From Promethearchaeota archaeon (GTDB lineage Archaea > Asgardarchaeota > Lokiarchaeia > Sigyniarchaeales > SOKP01), in assembly GCA_016839765.1 (NCBI GenBank), contig JAEOTP010000087.1, positions 15,742-79,741 on the forward strand: 64,000 bases of DNA, written 5' to 3'. The translations under genes and the position numbers were made by a program. The notes beneath the pieces are model-generated. The model saw nothing but the letters and a program-made list of their open reading frames with translations. It did no database searches and was not told the DNA's origin. This document shows positions 1-9,243 of this stretch, piece after piece; the first letter of the stretch is position 1, and each line of letters starts with the position of its first letter.

Positions 1-85
1 AATATTATTTTAAAAAATAATATTAACCATAACTAAGTTGCTTATTATAATAAGAAACTAATTATAATTTAAAAAGTGAAAAATA

Positions 86-409
86 ATGGCAAAAGATAAA
101 ATTATTGGTGCGATAGTGTTAATACTTGGCGCTCTAATTGGCGTTATTTATACAATGGGCTCCATTGTTGATCTTATCATGGATGAGCTCATTAAAAATC
201 CTAATTGGGATCTTGCTTTTAGATTTTTTGATATCGATTGGCTAGATTGGCGAGCATTCGTTGTATTACCAATGTGGTTGATTGTAATATTAATTTGTAT
301 TATCGCTATTTGGATAGGGTACAGTATGCTCACCACTCCTGCACCTGTTCCACTCGAAGAGTTGGAAGAAGAACTAGCAGCTGAGGAAGAAGAATCTTCA
401 GAAGGTTAG
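86..409 (+). CDS. Small two-TM membrane protein, DPM2-like (dolichol-phosphate-mannose synthase regulatory subunit-like)
   Basis: Two hydrophobic helices with DKIIG...IYT and LP...WIGYSML patterns recalling DPM2; acidic C-tail after TTPAPVP. Confidence 0.5.
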   Translation: MAKDKIIGAIVLILGALIGVIYTMGSIVDLIMDELIKNPNWDLAFRFFDIDWLDWRAFVVLPMWLIVILICIIAIWIGYSMLTTPAPVPLEELEEELAAEEEESSEG

Positions 410-443
410 AGATAACAACTAAAAATTTTTTATTTTTTTTATA

Positions 444-1187
444 TTATATTTGTAATTTTACCATATTCATATTTAGATTTTCTAGATTAATTTGAATTAA
501 GGATTTATTTGGTATTTCCTTGGCTCCGCTTAATATTGGAGTTGTTGATACCGTTAATCTATCGAAGATTTTAGAGATGAATAGCGTATGATGCCTGCCA
601 TTGAAGTTTGTATTATGATATGTGATAATATTACATTCTCTTGAATTGAAAAGAAAGGCATTTGCTCCAGCTGCAATTTCTATCTTTTGGAACACTTTTT
701 CTAAGGAGGTTTTTAGGTCATGCTCAATTTTTAATTGATCAATTGTATAACATAGGTATTTTCGTGTATCCAATCCTGTATTATTCTTAATATCTTCTAA
801 TTTAGGATTTATTAATTTAGGAAAGGATTCATTTTTAATGACTCCATTATGGACTATTAGATAATTTTCATCGATATTAATAGGATGTATATCATTAAAG
901 CCCTTATTCCAGGGATAAGCTTTTCTTGCGTGTACTAATAAAAATCTGGTCTTAATATTAACCAGATTCTTCCAATCGGAATAATAAATTGGAGTAATAT
1001 CTCTTTTAATGATTAACTTTCTATTAGTGTTTTCTGGAATATAAGCAAAACCCCAACCTAATCCATGATGCCCAAATAAATTATATTTCCTTAAATATTG
1101 CCAGTGACAGGATTTTACAAACTTTTCTAAAAAATTATTATGAATATTGAATGGTTCTGTCGAAGATTGGAAAAACATACGACACAT
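444..1187 (-). CDS. Class II glutamine amidotransferase (Ntn hydrolase, EgtC/YafJ-like)
   Basis: N-terminal MCR nucleophile, GWGFA, HARKA, HP, HNG motifs. Confidence 0.8.
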   Translation of the reverse strand: MCRMFFQSSTEPFNIHNNFLEKFVKSCHWQYLRKYNLFGHHGLGWGFAYIPENTNRKLIIKRDITPIYYSDWKNLVNIKTRFLLVHARKAYPWNKGFNDIHPINIDENYLIVHNGVIKNESFPKLINPKLEDIKNNTGLDTRKYLCYTIDQLKIEHDLKTSLEKVFQKIEIAAGANAFLFNSRECNIITYHNTNFNGRHHTLFISKIFDRLTVSTTPILSGAKEIPNKSLIQINLENLNMNMVKLQI

Positions 1188-1225
1188 TATAATTAATTAA
1201 TAATGAGTCAAAAAGATAATTACTT

Positions 1226-2338
1226 TTATTGAAGAATAAAAGCATAAATATGTCCATCATCATGGCAAGTTATTAAAATCTTTGAATCAGTATCAAAGTC
1301 AAAACCATTTAAACAAGAAGGATTATTAATTTGAGATAAGAATTTACCATTGACTTCATCTAATAGCATTAAATAACCACGCGTGGTTCCAATCACGATG
1401 TAATTGTTTTCAAACATTTTAATATAGTTAATAATTTCAGTATTTACGTTTTTATACTCCCATTTTACACCAAAATTCTCATTGAAGCATATTACTTTTG
1501 CAGTGAATTTTATATCTTTAATTGGGATGGATTTGTCTAAAAATTTAAAAGAATAGGTACTTACTAATAAACTATTATGTCGTTGTGGAGGTAATGATAG
1601 ACATTTCCAAACAATATCATCTGTCTCGATAGTTTTAATTTCTTTTTTTTTTTCTTTATCAATAATATGTATTTTTTTATCATCTCCTCCACATACGATG
1701 TAATCATATTGATATGAATGAATATTTGATAAACACCTAACTTTATCAGAAAATCGTTTAAACCAGAGTAATTCTCCAGATTTATTATCAAAGATTCTTA
1801 TTGTCCCATCATTACCACACGCAATGACTTCAATCTCATTGGAATCTACAGAGCTTCTCCATATTAGCGCATCACCAATGCCTTCTTCAAAAATTTGTCC
1901 CCATATTAAGGAACCATCTAATGGATTTAGGATTCTTAGGCTCTTATCAAGAGAATAGGAGATAATTTCATTAATGCCGTTATTATTAATATCATCTACT
2001 AAAATTCCCCCAATAGAGGATCCAAATCTATGTGTCCAATAAGGTTCTAACTCAAATTCATTTTTATATTTAAATGCTCTTAAAAGTCCATCCATTCCAC
2101 CTAGAAGTAGTTCTTCTTTACCATCATTATCTATATCATATAATAGTGCTTTCCAAATTGGCGTATTTTGTGTTATCTCATCCTTAAACAACAATTTCCC
2201 ATTTAATGAGAATATTAGGATTTTTCCAGATTTAGTATATGTAATTATTTGTTTATTGCTACTTTCGGTTAGAGTTCCTAGTTCTACTCCTAGTAATTGT
2301 TCATTCGTGTTAAAATCCCAAACTTTTTCAATTTTCAA
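1226..2338 (-). CDS. WD40/FG-GAP beta-propeller protein
   Basis: Repeats DIDNDGKEELLLGGMDG, DINNNGINEIISYSLD, ACGNDGTIRIFD, CGGDDKKIHI. Confidence 0.8.
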   Translation of the reverse strand: MKIEKVWDFNTNEQLLGVELGTLTESSNKQIITYTKSGKILIFSLNGKLLFKDEITQNTPIWKALLYDIDNDGKEELLLGGMDGLLRAFKYKNEFELEPYWTHRFGSSIGGILVDDINNNGINEIISYSLDKSLRILNPLDGSLIWGQIFEEGIGDALIWRSSVDSNEIEVIACGNDGTIRIFDNKSGELLWFKRFSDKVRCLSNIHSYQYDYIVCGGDDKKIHIIDKEKKKEIKTIETDDIVWKCLSLPPQRHNSLLVSTYSFKFLDKSIPIKDIKFTAKVICFNENFGVKWEYKNVNTEIINYIKMFENNYIVIGTTRGYLMLLDEVNGKFLSQINNPSCLNGFDFDTDSKILITCHDDGHIYAFILQ

Positions 2339-2483
2339 AATGCTTCAATTAATCTCAATGATATTTTACATAAAATTTCAATTTTTTACAATAAATTCTA
2401 TAAGCAGTAATATTATAAAATAATAGCATTTAACTACTTCTAAAACCTAATTATATTCTAAAAATAAAATTTACGATATAAAA

Positions 2484-2918
2484 ATGTCAGAAGATAGAAA
2501 TATTGATATTTTCTCAGTATTAATACTAATACTTAGTATCATTGCCATTGTATTGGTAGCAATTGGTCCTTTCGCTGGATTCTATTATGGAGGATATGGA
2601 GATAGATATTCCTGTTTAGGGTGTGAATATTGGACGGCAGGTGATTTAATCGCACAGATTTTCATTCTGATCCTATTTATAATTCAGGTGGTGATTGCAT
2701 TGAATAATTTACTTCCAAAGAAATTTATATCAATCGATTTAACTAAATATAGTTTATATATAGCAATAACAACATTTGCTTTGGCAATTATTGGCCTTAT
2801 ATCTTTTGGAACTACACACATAGGAGATGAATGGTGGCCCGAATTAGGTTTTTATGGAAGCGTGGTTGGTGGCTTTCTCAATACAATTTTGTTCTTCTTA
2901 AAACAAAAAAATAAATAA
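2484..2918 (+). CDS. Four-TM membrane protein of unknown function
   Basis: Four hydrophobic segments; CLGC in first loop. Confidence 0.7.
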   Translation: MSEDRNIDIFSVLILILSIIAIVLVAIGPFAGFYYGGYGDRYSCLGCEYWTAGDLIAQIFILILFIIQVVIALNNLLPKKFISIDLTKYSLYIAITTFALAIIGLISFGTTHIGDEWWPELGFYGSVVGGFLNTILFFLKQKNK

Positions 2919-3077
2919 TTTCTTTTTTTTAATCCTGCAAATTAAGTTTCAAACTAAATCTTCAAAAGAATATTTCTTAAAATAAAAACGAAATTTAAAT
3001 TTTTTATATTATTCTCATAATTACTGATATACACTTTTATGGAACAAAAAAAATTCAATAACAAAAAGGTTTTAAAT

Positions 3078-3275
3078 ATGAGTTTCGGGATTGAAATTGA
3101 TAAAGACGCTTGTACCGGATGTGGAACATGCTATGAAGTTTGTCCAAGTGAATGTTTTGGAGAACCTGAAGGCGGTAAAGTTAACGTGATTGAGGAAAAT
3201 AGAGATGATTGTGTAGGATGTAGAGCTTGTGAAACACAATGCCCTGAAGAAGCTATTACAATTACTGAAGAATAA
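3078..3275 (+). CDS. 2x[4Fe-4S] ferredoxin
   Basis: CTGCGTCYEVCP and CVGCRACETQCP motifs; ATG at 3078 (MSFGIEID) preferred over ORF-track start 3039. Confidence 0.92.
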   Translation: MSFGIEIDKDACTGCGTCYEVCPSECFGEPEGGKVNVIEENRDDCVGCRACETQCPEEAITITEE

Positions 3276-3354
3276 ATTAAGTTGAAATGAAAAACTAGAA
3301 ATAAGCACTAACTAAGGATTTTAATATTACTTTTTTTTATTTTTTATCTTTTAA

Positions 3355-3705
3355 TTATTCGTTCAAAATTTTGACATTTTTTAATGGTATCCATCCAGTT
3401 TTATTATTTTCATCAATTACCCAAATCCAACCATATGATTCTTTTTCAATAGTTAGGATTTGCCCGGCATATACTGTTAATTCTATTGAATTATAATCTT
3501 GGATAAATTTAGCTCGAGTTTCTTGAAGTTCTATATGATCCATTGGAACCCATCTTCCTTCGTCATCATTCTTAACGCACCAAATCCAGCCAGACCATTC
3601 ACATTTTTTATTTTCAATTCTTAATATTTCACCCTTATTCACTATAAAAGGATCTGGATAAGCGGATTTATAATCTTCTACAACTTTACAGGCTTTTTTT
3701 TTCAT
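3355..3705 (-). CDS. Tandem SH3-domain protein (prokaryotic variant SH3)
   Basis: Two units V/I-xDY...L...G-x-I...GWIW...G-W-V/I-P typical of SH3. Confidence 0.8.
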   Translation of the reverse strand: MKKKACKVVEDYKSAYPDPFIVNKGEILRIENKKCEWSGWIWCVKNDDEGRWVPMDHIELQETRAKFIQDYNSIELTVYAGQILTIEKESYGWIWVIDENNKTGWIPLKNVKILNE

Positions 3706-3865
3706 GATCTATCTAATATTTAGTATAAAAAAAAAGGTAGTAAAAAGACTATTTTAAAAATAAGTTCGTGAAACCCCCCTTTCATGTAAATTTATATATA
3801 TCCATAAAATATCCAAGAGAATATGAGGATATTATTCTAAATTAGCTAAGGATATAAAAAAAATC

Positions 3866-5149
3866 CTATAAATCACCACATAGAAAAACAAGTATTTCTT
3901 TTAGTAAAGTTTTTATGTCTCTAATTCTAGTAAATTCATTTTCTGCATGAGCTTTAGATGTTGGAGATTCGATACCTGTTAAAATAACATCTTCTTTATT
4001 AAGTATTTCAGCTACGAATCCCATATCGGTAGAAGCTGAAGTTCCAATAATTTGAATCTTATCTTCAAAAATATTATTCACTATTGCCATGGTTTTTTTC
4101 CATCGTTTAATAATCGGCAAATTATGATTTACTTTTAAAGGAGGATTATCATATCTAAAAGACAATTTAACATCTAACGCCTTACTTTTCTCCTTTCCTT
4201 TATTAATTGATTTTAAGATTTCTTGTTTAACATCTTCAAATTTCTCATCTGGTATAATTCTTCTATTAATTATTAATTTACAGTATCCCGGGATTATATT
4301 CTCTTTTTTACCTGATTCTATAATTACTAGACTAAACATCGGTCTTAATTTTTCACCAATTTTATCTCGAGGATCTCCAGGAATGTCGGCACTTCTTCGT
4401 TTTTCAACTTTTTTCTTGAGAGCCATTAATTCATTTAAAATAGGAAGTGCTTCTTCTATAGCATTTATTCCTAAAAAGTTGTAGCCTGAATGACAACTCT
4501 TTCCAATGATCTCAATTAGTACATTTAAATCACCACCAGTTCCTACGGGAATTAAAGGAGTAATCACTCCATCCATACAAAACATGGTTCCCTTTATATA
4601 TCCTTGTTCTGCAAGATAACGAATTCCTGGATAAACCCCCACTTCCTCATCTGTACAATTTAAAACTTGAATATTAAATTTTGGCTTAAGATTTAATTTA
4701 TCTATAATCTGAAGAGCCAATATTAGACATACCATATCACCTTTCATGTCTGCTGTGCCTCTACCATAAATCTTTCCACTTTTTACTAATGTTGCTTCAA
4801 ATGGCGGAAAACGCCATTTACTTTGCCCCTCTGTTAATGCTGGCACCACATCCATATGACCATAAAAAGTAAGCCATTTTTCTAGATTATAATCTTTTGT
4901 TGCAATGAGATTGATACGAGGTCCTTCTAGAGGGTATGGAATTTGTTGAATTAACTTTTCTGGAATAATAATTTCCTCCAATGTGAAACCCAATTCGATA
5001 AAATATGGTGAAATGGTATCGACATACTTACGATAAGTATTACCAGGAGGAACTGAAGTATCTATTTTAATAAGTTTCTTCATAATTTCCATAATTCTTT
5101 CTTCCTGTAAATTATCTACATCCTTGAAAATTTTCTTTAAATTTATCAA
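3866..5149 (-). CDS. M20 family metallo-hydrolase (ArgE/DapE-like)
   Basis: GHMDVVP, GRGTADMKG, DEE, SCH, AHAENE motifs. Confidence 0.9.
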   Translation of the reverse strand: MINLKKIFKDVDNLQEERIMEIMKKLIKIDTSVPPGNTYRKYVDTISPYFIELGFTLEEIIIPEKLIQQIPYPLEGPRINLIATKDYNLEKWLTFYGHMDVVPALTEGQSKWRFPPFEATLVKSGKIYGRGTADMKGDMVCLILALQIIDKLNLKPKFNIQVLNCTDEEVGVYPGIRYLAEQGYIKGTMFCMDGVITPLIPVGTGGDLNVLIEIIGKSCHSGYNFLGINAIEEALPILNELMALKKKVEKRRSADIPGDPRDKIGEKLRPMFSLVIIESGKKENIIPGYCKLIINRRIIPDEKFEDVKQEILKSINKGKEKSKALDVKLSFRYDNPPLKVNHNLPIIKRWKKTMAIVNNIFEDKIQIIGTSASTDMGFVAEILNKEDVILTGIESPTSKAHAENEFTRIRDIKTLLKEILVFLCGDL

Positions 5150-5266
5150 AAATCAATCTCGTCTTATAAATTAATACTGATGAAAAGAAAAATGTGCAAT
5201 TTCTTAAATTCTTTTTTCTAAAGAAATACTATTAATAGTTTAATTCTTTTAAAGAAAAAGAAAAGA

Positions 5267-6373
5267 TTACCACAATAAAATTTTATTACAATTTTTGCAT
5301 GTACCTTCATTTATCTGCATATTTAAACACGTTTCATGATATGGTGTTTTACAGGCATTACACATATAAATTTTGCCAGTATATTCCCCAAAGTCATATC
5401 CACAATAACCGCATGTACTAGCAAATGAAAATTCATAGCTATTTACATTTACTTCTACAATTTGTGCAGTTCCTGTTAATCCGCTTACCGCGTCCGAAGG
5501 ATTTAAAAAATTGTTTTGCTGACTTGGTGTTACATATTGCTGTTGAGGTTGTTGAGCTTGTTCCCAATTAGATACATATCCAGGGGTAGTGGGCTTTGAA
5601 ATACCTGTTTTTTGAGAAACTTTTTCGTCTAAAATATTAGTAAGTATTAGTGCTGAAGCATACTTTCCTTTAGCGCCTCCCTTTTGTAAATGAGTATGGG
5701 AGATCATATGAATTACTCTGCCACCAGCTTTACCATAATCAAAATATACAAAAACAGGAGATTCTCCCCACTTTCTTAGGATTTCTTGCGATGATATTAA
5801 AACATGAACTGCCGGATTCAATATACTAATGGGAAAACTCTTAGTCTCCAACCACCATCGAAATTCTGTTTTTTTAGTATTTTTTGAGGCTCCTTTTTGC
5901 CATTTACTCTGTTGAATTTCAGTTAAGACACCATCCAAAAATGGATGGTTTGGTTCCATAATTTGGCAGGCAACGACGGCATCAGCAGTTTTTTTTCCAT
6001 TCCAGCGAATATATCCTGGAAAAATAACTTCAACCATAGTTTTTATTGCCCAATCTGTGGTAATTAACCAGCCTCCATGTGATGATACATATTCTTTAAT
6101 TTTTGGATAAGCTGAATGCGGTACTCCATCAGCTGGGCATCCAATCAACACAACATCATAATCTTTAAGGTTATATTTCATGATTTGTTTTGGTTTTATT
6201 GTCTCATGAGCTGCGGCATACATATGTTCAATAATTTTTTTTGGTTTTTCATAACGTCCTTCAACAGCCAAAATTTTACCATGTTCTTCAACTGCTTTTA
6301 CAACATCCTTTTTATTGAGAGCTTCCATTTTACGTTGCTTAACTTCAGAATACAAATCTTTCCAGCTACTCAT
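5267..6373 (-). CDS. GATase-I-like fold protein with Q-rich linker and C-terminal C4HC3 RING/PHD-like zinc finger
   Basis: YDVVLIGCP...GGWLITTDWA core; C-terminal CGYC-x11-CNAC-x4-HETC-x9-CKNC. Confidence 0.6.
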   Translation of the reverse strand: MSSWKDLYSEVKQRKMEALNKKDVVKAVEEHGKILAVEGRYEKPKKIIEHMYAAAHETIKPKQIMKYNLKDYDVVLIGCPADGVPHSAYPKIKEYVSSHGGWLITTDWAIKTMVEVIFPGYIRWNGKKTADAVVACQIMEPNHPFLDGVLTEIQQSKWQKGASKNTKKTEFRWWLETKSFPISILNPAVHVLISSQEILRKWGESPVFVYFDYGKAGGRVIHMISHTHLQKGGAKGKYASALILTNILDEKVSQKTGISKPTTPGYVSNWEQAQQPQQQYVTPSQQNNFLNPSDAVSGLTGTAQIVEVNVNSYEFSFASTCGYCGYDFGEYTGKIYMCNACKTPYHETCLNMQINEGTCKNCNKILLW

Positions 6374-6456
6374 TTAAAAATCTCTCACGTTAAGATTATA
6401 AGAAAATTAATATTATTTTAATAAGTAATAAAAAATAATGCATATTTATATTTTCA

Positions 6457-7968
6457 TTGAAAGCGATTATGATGGAAGATTTAAAAGAATTGGGTAAACC
6501 TTTAGAATTTTGGGAATATTTTTTCGAAATATCAAAAATTCCTCGATGCTCTGGTAATGAGGATCAAATGAGAATTTTTATTCAAAAAGAAGCAGATAAA
6601 ATGGGTTTCCAAACTAGTATAGATCGCGTTAACAACATAGTAATTAAAATTCCTTCAAAAGTAAAAAGTAAAGAGTTAGGAGTTATTTTACAAAGCCACA
6701 TGGATATGGTTTGCGAAAAGAATGATGATGTTAAGCACGACTTTTCGAAAGATCCGCTAGATCTGAATTTAATTGAAATTAATAATGAAAAGTGGATAAC
6801 CGCAAATGGAACTACTTTAGGAGCGGATAATGCTGTTGGAATGGCTTACCAACTAGCGATTATGAAAAAAATCAATAAAGGAGAGTTAGATTTAGGCCCT
6901 ATTTCATTAGATCTTTTGTTTACTGTAGATGAAGAGAGAGGTCTAACTGGTGCAAGTCAAATTGATAAAAATATGATAAGTGGCTCCTATATGATAAATC
7001 TTGATTCAGAAGAAGAAAATAGATTTACTATTGGTGCTGCAGGAGGAAGAGTTTTTGAAGTTATTGTAAAAGACGGAAGACAATCTGTAGATAATGAAAA
7101 AAAAGTAATCCCAATGAAACTTTCAGTTATAGGACTGGTGGGTGGACATTCTGGGGGGGATATTAATAAAGGTAGAGCAAATGCACTAAAAATAATTTCT
7201 CAAATTTTATGGAAATTAAAAAAGAAATATGATATTTATATTAATTCCTTAAATGGGGGTAATTTGGATAATGCTATTCCAAGAGAAGCGGAAGCTATAT
7301 TTTTTATTGAAGAGAATGAGCTTTCTGAGATAATTAATTTTATTAATAACAATTCTCCGCATATTAAGATGTTATATAATGGAATTGAATCGAATATGGA
7401 AATTACAATTCAAAAGTTAGAAAATTTTAATGAATCTTCAATCATTTCCAAAGAATTACAGAATAAATTAATAGACTTATTATTTTCAATGCCAAACGGT
7501 CCCATTTCGATACATCCTATAACTAAAGAATTAGTACATACTTCTACTAACTTTGCTTCAATAAGGACTGAAAAAAATTCTATAAATTTTGTAATAAGCC
7601 AAAGGAGTCTAACTCAATACGATTTAGACGAAATATATGATAAGTTTTTAACTTTGTTTGAAATATCTGGTTTGGATTTAAATGTAAATATCAAATATGA
7701 ATACCCAAGTTGGCCTCCAAATTTCAATTCAAAAATTTCAAAGCTATCTAAAAAAATATATAAAGAATTATTCAATAATGAAGTTATAATTCAAGCGATT
7801 CATGCAGGTTTAGAATGTGCCTATTTTAATTATCATTATTCAAATATGGAGATAATTTCTATTGGACCAGATATAATTGATGTTCATTCACCAGATGAAC
7901 GTTTAAAAATAAATAGTGTAGAAAAAATTTGGAATTTCTTGATAGCATTATTAAAGAAATTAGTATAG
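6457..7968 (+). CDS. pepD: Aminoacyl-histidine dipeptidase (M20C)
   Basis: IPRCSGNE, LQSHMDMVCEK, TTLGADN, DEERGL, GGHSG, HAGLEC, HSPDE; true start may be an ATG a few codons downstream. Confidence 0.92.
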   Translation: MKAIMMEDLKELGKPLEFWEYFFEISKIPRCSGNEDQMRIFIQKEADKMGFQTSIDRVNNIVIKIPSKVKSKELGVILQSHMDMVCEKNDDVKHDFSKDPLDLNLIEINNEKWITANGTTLGADNAVGMAYQLAIMKKINKGELDLGPISLDLLFTVDEERGLTGASQIDKNMISGSYMINLDSEEENRFTIGAAGGRVFEVIVKDGRQSVDNEKKVIPMKLSVIGLVGGHSGGDINKGRANALKIISQILWKLKKKYDIYINSLNGGNLDNAIPREAEAIFFIEENELSEIINFINNNSPHIKMLYNGIESNMEITIQKLENFNESSIISKELQNKLIDLLFSMPNGPISIHPITKELVHTSTNFASIRTEKNSINFVISQRSLTQYDLDEIYDKFLTLFEISGLDLNVNIKYEYPSWPPNFNSKISKLSKKIYKELFNNEVIIQAIHAGLECAYFNYHYSNMEIISIGPDIIDVHSPDERLKINSVEKIWNFLIALLKKLV

Positions 7969-8052
7969 ATATTCTGAAAAGAAGATGAATAATTAAAAAG
8001 ATTTTAATTTAAAGAAGATTAATTAATTTTAGAAAAAACACAAATAAGAACC

Positions 8053-8565
8053 ATGCAAAAACGAAAAACTGTTAAAGAAGAAATCAGTGGTTCAGAAACA
8101 GTTTTTGAAAAAATAAAGAGTAAGACTCCTTGGATCTTTGGAAATTCATTAAGGAAACCTAAAATAGCCTATCCGCAGATAAAACTTCCTAAAATGGATA
8201 TGCCTTTACCAGGTAAGTCTTTAGTGGTTATAGGAATTTATATTATTCTATTCCTACTTCAGATGGGGATAGTATATATTATTTATAGAGAACCTGTAGC
8301 AATAGGAGCAGATCAACAAGGTAATGCTGTTCTTTTATATCCTGATCTTAACGAAGCTTTTATAATTGAGAGTATAGTAGCTTCAATTTTCATTTTTCTT
8401 TGTTCTATAGGATTTTTATTAGTCTATCAAGCATCCAAATATGTATATAATAAGAAAACGGCAGTAAAAATTCTTGTAATAGGAATAATTTTAGTTATTA
8501 CTGCTTTTGTTGCATTACAAGCAATAATAACAATAAAACTTGGCGAAAGGTTATTTAATGTTTAA
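8053..8565 (+). CDS. OST3/OST6-family C-terminal-type oligosaccharyltransferase accessory subunit, OSTC/DC2-like
   Basis: Three TMs; FLLQMGIVY-IIYREPVAIG...FIIESIVAS...GFLL...IKLG closely parallels OSTC FLITGGIIY-D-IVEPPSVG...YIMEGLASS...GFII...MKLP. Confidence 0.72.
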   Translation: MQKRKTVKEEISGSETVFEKIKSKTPWIFGNSLRKPKIAYPQIKLPKMDMPLPGKSLVVIGIYIILFLLQMGIVYIIYREPVAIGADQQGNAVLLYPDLNEAFIIESIVASIFIFLCSIGFLLVYQASKYVYNKKTAVKILVIGIILVITAFVALQAIITIKLGERLFNV

Positions 8566-8710
8566 CTCTTTAGAAGAAAAAACTCATTAATTTATTTTAA
8601 ACACAGAAGATCTTAATTTCTGGTAATTTGAGTTAAATCTTAAGCTATTTAAATAAAATCAAAAAAAAAAGAATAAATTAGGGGTATTTAATCTAAAATT
8701 TAATAATGAT

Positions 8711-9112
8711 TTATTTTAGTGTGTCAATGAAAGCTTTATAAGCGGCTTCATCTAATAAATTTCCTTTCTCTGCATCCCAATTTGAAGGCTTAACCTTAAA
8801 TAACCACGCAGAGAGAGCATCTTCATTGATGTTTTCAGGTTCATCCATTAAATCAGCATTAACTTCAGTAACTGTACCTGAAACTGGACTATAAATATCT
8901 CCAACAGCTTTACTTGATTCAACAGTACAATCCAATGGATCGCTACTTGGCTCATCACCATCCATCTTAACTTGATCTATGGTAGCTCCTTCAAGAGCCT
9001 CAACATCTACAAAAGAAATTTCACCTAATTGTTCAGCAGCAAAGGGAGTAATTCCAACCTCTCCAGTTTCATCATTAAACCATTGATGGGTTTTAGTAAA
9101 CCAAATTGTCAT
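8711..9112 (-). CDS. gcvH: Glycine cleavage system H protein (lipoyl carrier)
   Basis: VGITPFAAEQLGEI, VESSKAVGDIYSPVSGTVTEVN with lipoyl-Lys. Confidence 0.9.
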   Translation of the reverse strand: MTIWFTKTHQWFNDETGEVGITPFAAEQLGEISFVDVEALEGATIDQVKMDGDEPSSDPLDCTVESSKAVGDIYSPVSGTVTEVNADLMDEPENINEDALSAWLFKVKPSNWDAEKGNLLDEAAYKAFIDTLK

Positions 9113-9243
9113 ACTATATCAAACTCCTTGTTAATAATTTTATGAATTATAATTATATTGAATTTAATTGTATGATAAAATTAATTATATCAAAAATATA
9201 AAATTTTTTTATTAGTTATACTCTTAAAATTGAATTCATTAAA

